A stretch of DNA of 64,000 nucleotides from Eledone cirrhosa (GCA_964016885.1 OZ024741.1:296174001-296238000); one strand, 5' to 3'; shown: positions 26,363 to 38,046, counted from the stretch's first letter. Translations and numbers: made by a program. The notes: generated by a model not told the origin, from the sequence alone.

Positions 26363-26544
26363 AGTAATGTTAAATAATATTAATAATAAAGAAAACCACA
26401 AAGATAGTTAAAACGTTACATGTAGTCCACTCTACTGTATGACACTAAAACAAGGACATTAGCAAAAGTAATTTTTTTTAATTAGTGAATTTTTAAACTT
26501 AATGTTTACTATATTTTACAAACAGAAGGTAATCAGAAGGAGGT

Positions 26545-27052
26545 AGGTGTAAAAGCCATCTTCAGTTCGGTATTCGTGCCAACCCTTACCTATGGTCATG
26601 AATCTTGGGTAATGACCGAAAGAATACGATCTGGAATACAAGCGGCCTAAATGGACTTCCTCCGATAGAGTGCGTAGCTTGGAGATCAGAGAGTCACTCC
26701 AGGTAGAGCGGCTACTTCTACGAATTGAGAGGTTACAGCTCCAATACTTTGGGCACGTGGTTAGAATGTCTCAAGAAAGAATTGCTGGACAGATTTTACT
26801 GGCAAAATCAACCGGCAGTAGACACAGGGGTAGACCCCGAGCAAGATGGTTGGATAATGTCCAAGAGACTGGCTGGTCTTGCTTGGGGATCCAGGTGGAT
26901 CAGTTGGAGACGGTTGCTTCTGACAGGACCCACTGGAGGGAGTGTTTGAGGACTCTGTCTCCATGACCATCGCATAAATGGGCAAATAAGAAGATAAATG
27001 GGCAAATAAGAAGATAAATGGGCAAATAAGAGGATAAATGGGCAAAGAAGAA
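26545..27052 (+). mobile_element. RTE-clade LINE 3' fragment
   Basis: Translations FVPTLTYGHESWVMTERIRS and LLLRIERLQLQYFGHVVRM...GRPRARW...DRTHWR are typical RTE C-terminal motifs. It ends in about three copies of ataaatgggcaaataagaag. Confidence 0.85.
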
Positions 27053-27126
27053 GAAGAGTGCTGATTTTTGTACCTTCCTCAGCAAACCATGAATCTACTG
27101 AACCATCTAATATATAAATATATATA

Positions 27127-27229
27127 CAGGGTGTCCCCTAAAAATGTATTTGATTACCTGTACAGGCAATATTTATTAGAATGCTGTTGAAGTATGTATA
27201 CATTTTTTGCGGGGGGGGGGGACACCCTG
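27127..27229. mobile_element. Tc1/mariner-type MITE
   Basis: TIRs CAGGGTGTCCCC / GGGGACACCCTG flanked by TA on both sides. Confidence 0.75.
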
Positions 27230-27463
27230 TATATATCTGTTCCTAAACAGACCCTTTATATTAATTCTTTGTTCTTTTCAATAAACACATCTTATCATTT
27301 CTGAGGACAGCATGTATATGTGAAGGTATGTATATTTCCTCTGATAATTTGTAATATTTTTACATAGATCTATGATATACATACCAACACACATATACAT
27401 CCCAGAAACGATGGTAAAATGATGAATTTTTTAATATAACGAACTTGTTCTTTGTGTTTATTT

Positions 27464-27678
27464 CATTGCTCACCGACATCCAGAGTTGACATTGCACTCA
27501 GTGCTCCTTTGGGAGCCCCTACATGGACACACTAGAAGAAGAAGACCAAGGTTAACGTATGTTGATGCCCTAAGGACAGACACTGGTCTGTTGGAGACGC
27601 AGGACATGGCAGCGATAATGAGGGACAGAGACCGCTGGAGAGAACTCGTCCATGGATCTCGGGAATTTTACCCGCCTT

Positions 27679-27680
<2 letters not shown>
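27464..27680 (+). mobile_element. RTE/RTEX-like LINE 3' fragment
   Basis: LLWEPLHGHTRRRRPRLTYVDAL...MRDRDRWR resembles the C-terminal motif of RTE-type RTs. Confidence 0.7.
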
Positions 27681-27709
<29 letters not shown>

Positions 27710-27712
<3 letters not shown>

Positions 27713-28137
27713 CCAAAGATTAATATGGTTCGTTGATTACTCAACGAATACAATATTACAATAGATTAGAAGCACTCAACTAGAGATTTTCCTGCAGTTT
27801 TTAATATTATTCAAAATGTAAATAAATGAAAAATATTCTCATAATCAAAATATATATTTCATTATACATATTTCAAAGGTACAATGGTGTTTAAGTATGT
27901 TTTCATCAGACAAAATATATGATTTGATATGTGACATAGCGCTACAGTTTTGATTAGTCAATTCTAGTATTAGCAATACTGGAATTGAATAATCAAATCC
28001 GTAGCGCTATGTCACATATCAAATCATATATTTTGTCTGATAAAAACGTACTTAAACACCATTGTACCTTTGAAATATGTATAATAAAATATATATTTTG
28101 ATTATGAGAATATTTTTCATTTATTAACATTTTGAAT
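27710..28137 (-). mobile_element. Fold-back PLE pLTR-like remnant (329 bp palindrome 27809-28137 + tail 27710-27808) with degenerate HHRs
   Basis: Near-perfect hairpin centred at about 27973. On the minus strand the left arm reads ATATATTTTGT-CTGATGA-stem II-GAAA-TATGTA-TA-ATGAAATATAT. The right arm has the core mutated to CTGATAA. Confidence 0.7.
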
Positions 28138-28311
28138 CCATACGTACATATATATATGTGTGTATGTATGTATATATATACATACTAGTGTACGTCTGTA
28201 TACATGTATACATACTTATATTTAAGTATCAGCCGTACTAAGAGTGAGAAATGAAATTTCATTTTTTCCATTTACCGTTTTCGGTACACCCGGCCGACTA
28301 ACTCACTCGAT

Positions 28312-28319
28312 ATGCAAAT
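28312..28319 (+). promoter_or_regulatory. Octamer motif ATGCAAAT, conserved in both retrozyme-like subfamilies
   Basis: actcactcgatATGCAAATtaggctg here; actcacactctATGCAAATtagtctg on the minus strand of every full 466-bp unit (first at 33063-33070). Function is inferred. Confidence 0.45.
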
Positions 28320-28393
28320 TAGGCTGCTCAGCCGTTAATATGCATAAGTAAAGTATATACTTTCAAACGTTCAATCGACTGACAGGAAGGTAT

Positions 28394-28436
28394 ACGGTGC
28401 TGATGACAGCTAATACGCTAGAAACTAGTTCATCGT
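28394..28436 (+). ncRNA. Minimal type I hammerhead ribozyme
   Basis: ACGGTG-CTGATGA-cAGC taatac GCTa-GAAA-CTAG-TT-CATCGT. Stem I is 6 bp with one G-U pair, stem III is the palindrome ACTAGT, the triplet is GUU, and there is a C.A mismatch at the base of stem II. Confidence 0.8.
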
Positions 28437-28647
28437 TCCTTAGTCAGTGTTGAACAAAAGGGCAACGATGGTTGCCGAACACTGTACGGCTACTAATTCG
28501 GGCTGTTTGTTTACAAACAAACCGAGCATTATAATAAATGTTCGATGAACCCATACGTACATATATATATATATATGTGTGCATATATGTATGTATATAC
28601 ATAGTAGTATACGTCTGTATACATATATGTATGTACGTATACAAACT

Positions 28648-28714
<67 letters not shown>

Positions 28715-29347
28715 GTGTGTGTGTGTGTAAAATACGGACGTCGATTAATAAAATCGGATCTTGTATTTAGACAAGTACTATTACGTATTCTCTGAAAGAC
28801 ATTTATTCGTTCGTCAATGAGCCGACAGGACAAATTCATCGCCACCAACCCCAAGAGCTCAAGCCCACCTGGATGCTCTTGTAGAAACCCAGAAACACCT
28901 CCTTCAACAACAGTGTAACGCACCCGCAATACTCTATGAAGCTGAAGTTACATCTACTCGACCAAACCAACAACAGGAGGTCAACACATATGTTCTGGGC
29001 CTGACACTAACAAGTTAGAATGTGTTCTGTGCCTACGATGAGATGACGGTGCAGAGTCGGGTCCCGAGCACTATGATTGAACCTAAGCTGATCGATATCG
29101 AAACAATTGTTATATGTAATAAAGTTCATTTACGGTGCAATTTAGATTTCGTTCTTGCTTAGTTGTATTTACACTCTGCACGTTACAGCCGCTTTAGCCC
29201 TGAAATACACTGAAGTATAGGGTTTACTCTACACAACACGGAACCGCCTAATAGCATTGAGTGCTTTAACTGACGAACGGCTTGTAACTATAGTTTTCCT
29301 TTTTCCTTTTACACACCTACAAATACTGCTACACAGTATGTGTGTGT

Positions 29348-29385
<38 letters not shown>

Positions 29386-29470
29386 CAGTATTTGTAGGTG
29401 TGAAAAGGAAAAAAGGAAACTAGTGCTCAATCGGGAAGAGAGCAGAAATATATTATTTATTTATGTTCAT

Positions 29471-29660
29471 GCGGCGGTGAATTGGCAGTATCGGTAGAGG
29501 GTCGGACGCCATGCTTTGCAGCAAAGTTACGGCCCTTTACGGTCTGAGTTCAAATCCCGTCGAGGTTAACTTTGCTTCTCATTGTTATGGGGTCGATAAA
29601 ATAAAGTACCAGTAATGCTTTGAGTAATTGCTGGCCTTGTGCCAAAAGTAGAAACAATTA
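29471..29660 (+). mobile_element. tRNA-derived SINE family A, full length
   Basis: Head ggcggtgaattggcagtatcggtag, B box gagttcaaatccc, Nin/Deu-like core ggggtcgataaaataaagtaccag, and an (ATTT)-type tail. Confidence 0.85.
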
Positions 29661-29840
29661 TTTATTTAGGTTTATACAAGGAACAAAGGCACTACCCTAG
29701 GTTTCGAGGCCTAAATTTGACCATAATACAAGAGACATCAAACTAGTGACCTTTCTTCAGGTGTTTATACGAGTGAATAAGATACAGTTAAAAGTAAAGC
29801 TTGTTAAAAACTTTTAACGGTATCTTATAAACATATATAC

Positions 29841-30000
29841 TCGAGGGTCAGGGTCCGACGGCTGAGTTTTGGGAACTTTCTGTCGAAACGGCAAGAGTTC
29901 AGCCGTCGGGCCATGACTCTCTACAGTCTACTATTCCAAGTATCGAGTACTCTGCTGAATTATAGTCTTACTAGTTTAAAACTGGTGTAATCCTGATACC
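29841..30000 (+). mobile_element. Short fold-back element, family H (copy 1)
   Basis: Hairpin ccgacggctgag...ttcagccgtcgg, then tctacta..ccaagtatcgagtactctg, shared with the copies at 45908 and 63315. Confidence 0.6.
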
Positions 30001-30244
30001 ACCAATACCCCACCACCTCCACCACAATAACTACTAGTACTTTACCACCACCACCACCACCACTACCACCACATAAAGCCAGCAACAGTACCGTTATGTG
30101 AGAGCCACACCTGGATATGACAGGTAGGGTTAGAAAGTAGAGGTCATTCAGTACACATTCCAGCTCACACCGAGAAAACAAGGAAAGGATAAAAGACAGG
30201 TGTCATTTAGTGCAGTTTTGTTATGGATGACTTGTGTCCTGTAA

Positions 30245-30472
30245 TATATAAATACACATACGTACACATACACATACACGTACACACATACACACTCACA
30301 CACACACATATACACCCACACACAAACATACACATATACACTCACACATACAAATACACTCACACACATACGCACATACACATACACATACACATATATA
30401 TGTGTCTGTATATGTATACATATATACATATATATATATATATGCATATATATGCATGCATATATGTATGTA

Positions 30473-30540
<68 letters not shown>

Positions 30541-30636
30541 TACATACATATATGCATGCATGCATACATACATTTATACATAAATACATACGTACATATA
30601 GACATACATTCATAAATACATTCATAAATACACACA

Positions 30637-30667
<31 letters not shown>

Positions 30668-30870
30668 CATACATACATACATACATACATACATACATAC
30701 ATACATACATACAGTGTCCTTGGAAGGTCATCACGTAGTTTATACAGTTGTTTACTCATATAATGTCTCATACACACATACATAGACATACACACAGATA
30801 CATATGCATACACACACATTAACATACACATCACAGACAAAAATACATATATGCACACATGCATATACTA
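30245..30870. repeat. Compound (CA)n/(TA)n/(CATA)n microsatellite
   Basis: Direct reading. Confidence 0.9.
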
Positions 30871-30937
30871 ACAGACGCTTATCTAAATACAATCACATAC
30901 GTTTCTACATTAGTATGCCACAGACACACAACATAGA

Positions 30938-32285
30938 TAATGAAAATAACACTTTCTTTATTGGCCACAAGGGCCGACATATAGGGGACAATACAAAAGA
31001 CAGGGACAGTTGGGGTTTACATGAATACGTGTAAACAATATAAATAACAATAAATAAGTAGAAAAATACAACAATGAAAATTCCCCAATAGGGGATAACC
31101 ACCCAGGGTCGACTCATGTACCCCACCAATCCTGAACCACCCGACACTTCATGGGCACCCGGGAAGGACACGCCTCTCCTCCTCCAATTCACCAGCCTAC
31201 AGGCGCCTGATCAGAGAGGCCCACTCACACGGGCCATTCTCACCACATTCACCCACCGTTTAGCAAATGTACTAGGGGCAGCACTTCTCTCTCCACCCTC
31301 ACCTTCCTTTCCAAGTGAAACTTGATGAGGGCTTGGCCGAGGAGGAAAGTCTTCAGACTTTTCAGTAGCACCCACCACACAACATCTTTCGCTACATCTA
31401 TCAGACTGAGGAAAACTGCCTGCTCTTCCCGACCAAAAGAAGGCGACGAGGCGATCTTCACTATAGACTCGGATCCGTCCCACACGCGATAACAGCTGTT
31501 CGACATAACTACATAAGTTAGCATACACGGGCACTGGACGAATGCGTGCAAAACAGTTTCATCGCTCTGCGCGTATCTCGGACAGGTCCCTCTGACAGTC
31601 CTACCGTGCATGTAGAAATTATCTCGAACCAGCAGGGTTCCTCGGTAGCACTGCCAAGCGAGGGATTTCTGGAAATTGTCTATAGTCCCCGGCTCGAAAA
31701 TCCTCCGGAAAAGACTGGCTAGAATCTCTCCGAGAGCGTCGTCACACTTGCCGAAAAACTAATCCTCTATAGCACTCTAGAGTGGAAGTTCCACTGACTG
31801 CATTGCCCACTTTGTAGAGGGCAGTTAGTGCCTGGCAACATTCCTGATGCTAAGCACCCAGTCTCGGTTTCTTTTTGACCCAGAACTGCAGCTCAGTCAG
31901 AGAGACAAGCTGCGGAAAGGCCCGTCTCACAAACAGCGACCACACCTGTTCACCGTTAAGGCAGAATATCTGGAGATACCACAGCATCAGCGCATGTTTG
32001 CTTATCATTAGCCACGGCATGCCAAGCCCTCCGCGTACAGGGTACTGACAGCAGATGGACCGCCTCACCAACGGAACCTATCCCCTCCACAAGAATTTGA
32101 AGAGGAACCGCTCCAATTTGGTGAGGCACGAGTACGGGGGCAAGGCACGACGGTCAGGCGGTAGTAGATGACGGACGCGATGTATGCGTCCGCTACATCC
32201 ACCCGACTTTTCAGAGACAGCTTCCTCGCAGCCCACTTCTGAGTGAGAGTGGCCACCCTGATCGTAACTTCATCCCAATTTCTAT
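30938..32285 (-). mobile_element. 3' fragment of the Tx1/L1-type LINE family
   Basis: The minus-strand translations NWDEVTIRVATLTQKW...YIASVIYYRLTVVPC, GGLGMPWLM and CPRYAQSDETVLHAFVQC match 12420-13206. AATAAA lies near 30957-30962 on the minus strand. Confidence 0.9.
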
Positions 32286-32673
32286 CCACATGGATAGTCA
32301 GGCTGGCTGTTTTTGAAACTAACATACAATAGACATCACCGCTCAGCCTGTTTTCCTCTATTACCTCTTCTTACCTTCTTCTTTGCCTGTATGTTGGACT
32401 ACACTCCTTGTTATTCTCTTCTGTTTTACTATTTCCCTCCTTTCTATATTTTTTTCTCCTTTGGCTAAACCGTTGAGCACTATATTTTTGTAATTTTCCT
32501 AATGGTATAATATGTTTCTACCTGTTTTGTTATGTCCCAATGTGCACTGGAATGAACGGTTAGACCTTGAAGAACCGAAACCGTAGTGATTCCCTGAAGT
32601 CGACTCAGGAGATGGGATTGTCTGTCTTTCCGTTGATTTTTTTTTGCATTGTTTTTTCCTGTGCGCCTCTACT

Positions 32674-32711
<38 letters not shown>

Positions 32712-32717
<6 letters not shown>

Positions 32718-35700
32718 GTTAAAAATGTACATCCACATATGTATACTGAAATACTAGTATGCATATGAATACACACACGTATACATATGTAGATGTACCG
32801 AGTTTTTCACTGGTCACTTTACTGTGCGTGTCCAGCTATTCTGTATGTAAACACACAGACAAACCGGTTTTTAGAGTCATACTGGTTTTTGAGGAAACAC
32901 CTTTCCTCTATTCTCCAGAAAGCCAGACAAGGAATATTGAACTAGTTTCGATGTTGTTACATCTCATCAGCAATATTTACCTATCTTCCGGCCTCTCTAG
33001 AGAATCGTAAAAGCACATATCGTTATATGCTTTTTCTATGAAAATTAGTAGTGGGCAGACTAATTTGCATAGAGTGTGAGTACGTACCGGTTCAACGGAG
33101 ACGATAAAAACAAATAACGAAACGAAATTAAATTTCGTTTCGTTTGTAACTCACTTTTGTATGACTGACGCTTAAACAATTAAGTTAAAAATGTACATCC
33201 ACATATGTATACTGAAATACTAGTATGCATATGAATACACACACGTATACATATGTAGATGTACCGAGTTTTTCACTGGTCACTTTACTGTGCGTGTCCA
33301 GCTATTCTGTATGTAAACACACAGACAAACCGGTTTTTAGAGTCATACTGGTTTTTGAGGAAACACCTTTCCTCTATTCTCCAGAAAGCCAGACAAGGAA
33401 TATTGAACTAGTTTCGATGTTGTTACATCTCATCAGCAATATTTACCTATCTTCCGGCCTCTCTAGAGAATCGTAAAAGCACATATCGTTATATGCTTTT
33501 TCTATGAAAATTAGTAGTGGGCAGACTAATTTGCATAGAGTGTGAGTACGTACCGGTTCAACGGAGACGATAAAAACAAATAACGAAACGAAATTAAATT
33601 TCGTTTCGTTTGTAACTCACTTTTGTATGACTGACGCTTAAACAATTAAGTTAAAAATGTACATCCACATATGTATACTGAAATACTAGTATGCATATGA
33701 ATACACACACGTATACATATGTAGATGTACCGAGTTTTTCACTGGTCACTTTACTGTGCGTGTCCAGCTATTCTGTATGTAAACACACAGACAAACCGGT
33801 TTTTAGAGTCATACTGGTTTTTGAGGAAACACCTTTCCTCTATTCTCCAGAAAGCCAGACAAAGAATATTGAACTAGTTTCGATGTTGTTACATCTCATC
33901 AGCAATATTTACCTATCTTCCGGCCTCTCTAGAGAATCGTAAAAGCACATATCGTTATATGCTTTTTCTATGAAAATTAGTAGTGGGCAGACTAATTTGC
34001 ATAGAGTGTGAGTACGTACCGGTTCAACGGAGACGATAAAAACAAATAACGAAACGAAATTAAATTTCGTTTCGTTTGTAACTCACTTTTGTATGACTGA
34101 CGCTTAAACAATTAAGTTAAAAATGTACATCCACATATGTATACTGAAATACTAGTATGCATATGAATACACACACGTATACATATGTAGATGTACCGAG
34201 TTTTTCACTGGTCACTTTACTGTGCGTGTCCAGCTATTCTGTATGTAAACACACAGACAAACCGGTTTTTAGAGTCATACTGGTTTTTGAGGAAACACCT
34301 TTCCTCTATTCTCCAGAAAGCCAGACAAGGAATATTGAACTAGTTTCGATGTTGTTACATCTCATCAGCAATATTTACCTATCTTCCGGCCTCTCTAGAG
34401 AATCGTAAAAGCACATATCGTTATATGCTTTTTCTATGAAAATTAGTAGTGGGCAGACTAATTTGCATAGAGTGTGAGTACGTACCGGTTCAACGGAGAC
34501 GATAAAAACAAATAACGAAACGAAATTAAATTTCGTTTCGTTTGTAACTCACTTTTGTATGACTGACGCTTAAACAATTAAGTTAAAAATGTACATCCAC
34601 ATATGTATACTGAAATACTAGTATGCATATGAATACACACACGTATACATATGTAGATGTACCGAGTTTTTCACTGGTCACTTTACTGTGCGTGTCCAGC
34701 TATTCTGTATGTAAACACACAGACAAACCGGTTTTTAGAGTCATACTGGTTTTTGAGGAAACACCTTTCCTCTATTCTCCAGAAAGCCAGACAAGGAATA
34801 TTGAACTAGTTTCGATGTTGTTACATCTCATCAGCAATATTTACCTATCTTCCGGCCTCTCTAGAGAATCGTAAAAGCACATATCGTTATATGCTTTTTC
34901 TATGAAAATTAGTAGTGGGCAGACTAATTTGCATAGAGTGTGAGTACGTACCGGTTCAACGGAGACGATAAAAACAAATAACGAAACGAAATTAAATTTC
35001 GTTTCGTTTGTAACTCACTTTTGTATGACTGACGCTTAAACAATTAAGTTAAAAATGTACATCCACATATGTATACTGAAATACTAGTATGCATATGAAT
35101 ACACACACGTATACATATGTAGATGTACCGAGTTTTTCACTGGTCACTTTACTGTGCGTGTCCAGCTATTCTGTATGTAAACACACAGACAAACCGGTTT
35201 TTAGAGTCATACTGGTTTTTGAGGAAACACCTTTCCTCTATTCTCCAGAAAGCCAGACAAGGAATATTGAACTAGTTTCGATGTTGTTACATCTCATCAG
35301 CAATATTTACCTATCTTCCGGCCTCTCTAGAGAATCGTAAAAGCACATATCGTTATATGCTTTTTCTATGAAAATTAGTAGTGGGCAGACTAATTTGCAT
35401 AGAGTGTGAGTACGTACCGGTTCAACGGAGACGATAAAAACAAATAACGAAACGAAATTAAATTTCGTTTCGTTTGTAACTCACTTTTGTATGACTGACG
35501 CTTAAACAATTAAGTTAAAAATGTACATCCACATATGTATACTGAAATACTAGTATGCATATGAATACACACACGTATACATATGTAGATGTACCGAGTT
35601 TTTCACTGGTCACTTTACTGTGCGTGTCCAGCTATTCTGTATGTAAACACACAGACAAACCGGTTTTTAGAGTCATACTGGTTTTTGAGGAAACACCTTT

Positions 35701-36664
35701 CCTCTATTCTCCAGAAAGCCAGACAAGGAATATTGAACTAGTTTCGATGTTGTTACATCTCATCAGCAATATTTACCTATCTTCCGGCCTCTCTAGAGAA
35801 TCGTAAAAGCACATATCGTTATATGCTTTTTCTATGAAAATTAGTAGTGGGCAGACTAATTTGCATAGAGTGTGAGTACGTACCGGTTCAACGGAGACGA
35901 TAAAAACAAATAACGAAACGAAATTAAATTTCGTTTCGTTTGTAACTCACTTTTGTATGACTGACGCTTAAACAATTAAGTTAAAAATGTACATCCACAT
36001 ATGTATACTGAAATACTAGTATGCATATGAATACACACACGTATACATATGTAGATGTACCGAGATTTTCACTGGTCACTTTACTGTGCGTGTCCAGCTA
36101 TTCTGTATGTAAACACACAGACAAACCGGTTTTTAGAGTCATACTGGTTTTTGAGGAAACACCTTTCCTCTATTCTCCAGAAAGCCAGACAAGGAATATT
36201 GAACTAGTTTCGATGTTGTTACATCTCATCAGCAATATTTACCTATCTTCCGGCCTCTCTAGAGAATCGTAAAAGCACATATCGTTATATGCTTTTTCTA
36301 TGAAAATTAGTAGTGGGCAGACTAATTTGCATAGAGTGTGAGTACGTACCGGTTCAACGGAGACGATAAAAACAAATAACGAAACGAAATTAAATTTCGT
36401 TTCGTTTGTAACTCACTTTTGTATGACTGACGCTTAAACAATTAAGTTAAAAATGTACATCCACATATGTATACTGAAATACTAGTATGCATATGAATAC
36501 ACACACGTATACATATGTAGATGTACCGAGTTTTTCACTGGTCACTTTACTGTGCGTGTCCAGCTATTCTGTATGTAAACACACAGACAAACCGGTTTTT
36601 AGAGTCATACTGGTTTTTGAGGAAACACCTTTCCTCTATTCTCCAGAAAGCCAGACAAGGAATA
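32712..36664 (-). repeat. Tandem array of 8 full + 1 partial (225 bp) 466-bp hammerhead-containing units (retrozyme-like)
   Basis: Units start at 32712 + 466n. Only two substitutions were noticed across the array (about 33863 and 36065). Each full unit has one HHR. The left end abuts (TA)n. Confidence 0.95.
32933..32977 (-). ncRNA. Minimal type I hammerhead ribozyme, first of 8 (others start at 33399, 33865, 34331, 34797, 35263, 35729, 36195)
   Basis: Minus strand reads AATATTG-CTGATGA-GATGT aaca ACATC-GAAA-CTAG-TT-CAATATT. It has a perfect 7-bp stem I, a 5-bp stem II, an intact core and the palindromic stem III ACTAGT. The GUU cleavage site falls between 32940 and 32939. Confidence 0.9.
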
Positions 36665-36762
36665 CCTTAGAGTAATAACATTACGTTTAGACAGCTTTGC
36701 AAATTGAAAATTGCCACCGGTAAGCCAGCCGCAGGGACCAAAGCAACGAGAAAACTGACTCA

Positions 36763-36856
<94 letters not shown>

Positions 36857-37364
36857 ATACTTGGGGAGGGTCATATTTGTGTAATATTGCCAGAATTAAG
36901 AACAGAACACACTCACTGTTCGGTTGGTTTTCGCTTTTCGCTTCTGTGTCTTTTATATCGGTAATTTAATTTATTCGGTCCTCAATGTTGCCATTGACTG
37001 ACCAACGGTCAAAAATAATACAGATACAATATAGACACAAACACATATATATAGTTTATCATAAATCTTTCGTTGCACATCTGCAACATCGTCAGTGGTG
37101 CTATTGTTTCCTCCTGTTGAATTGTATGGCTACGCCATTTTTTTCAGTCTGTCTATATATTTATTTATTTATTTGCTTGTTTGTTTATTTTATTTTGTCT
37201 TCTTTGCGCATGCGTTTGCGTGTGTGTATAGTGTTTTGTTTGATGTGTGATGTGTGTTCGTGATTGGGTGACTAATGTGTGTTTATGTGTTTGTTGTTAT
37301 TGTGCTTGTGTATGTATTTATTTATTTATTTATTTATTTATTTTATTTTATTTTATTTACTTAT

Positions 37365-38046
37365 TTATACTTCTCTTAGGTCAGTGTTGTTTGTTTGGGT
37401 GTTGTTGTTATTCCATTCATTCTTTCTGTTTAGTCTTGGTCTTCTAAGTTCTATTTCACTGGCCTCTCTGATTTGCCTATCTGCTGGGTCATTTCTATGT
37501 TTAGATATTATTCTAATTTCTATGTTGTCTATGTTACCGTCATGTTGTTGTCTGGCATGTTCGTATAGTACTGACCCGTTTTTTCGTCCTTTTAGTTCCC
37601 CCCAATGTTGGTCTATCCTTTCACCTATGCTACGAGCTGTCTCACCTATGTATGTTGTTGTCATGTTTCTGCAGGTACCCTCTGTACATCTTATGCTATA
37701 GACTACGTTTCTAGTTTTACAGTTTATCCGGTGCTTTACCTTACATATGATACACTTCCTATTGGTACAGTGGGTTTTCTTAAAAGGGTAGGTTTTGGTG
37801 ATCAGGGATTTTATGGTGGTTCCTGGCTTTTCTACCACCTTAATTTTTAAGTGGGTCTTTCTCAGGGCCTTTCTACACTGGTTAGCTAATTTCCCTCCAG
37901 GGGTAGCGTCCACAAACATGATACTCTGGTATCTCTGGTTGTCGTACCATGAGGTGGCTTTCCCTATCTTATGTCTAGCCCTATCTAAGCTATTCCATGA
38001 TTTGCTCCTGTATAATGGGCAAATTCCTTTCATGTCCAGTTCTATG
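37365..38046 (-). pseudogene. Inverted duplicate of the PLE GIY-YIG coding region
   Basis: The 222-aa ORF is almost identical to the C-terminus of ORF 38615-39982. Confidence 0.92.

Larger units (their letters stand above)
28138..28650 (+). mobile_element. Retrozyme-like element, about 1.2 units (unit about 413-420 bp); diverged relative of the 466-bp array
   Basis: Terminal redundancy ccatacgtacatata...tacgtctgtatacat at 28138 and 28551. Collinear similarity to the reverse complement of the 466-bp unit. One HHR. Ends aacttaa|(TA)n. Confidence 0.8.

Noticed and set aside
32759-36675. Repeated 83-aa ORF in the 466-bp unit
   Set aside because: It is antisense to the ribozyme, has no recognisable domain and is not conserved in the 28 kb relative.
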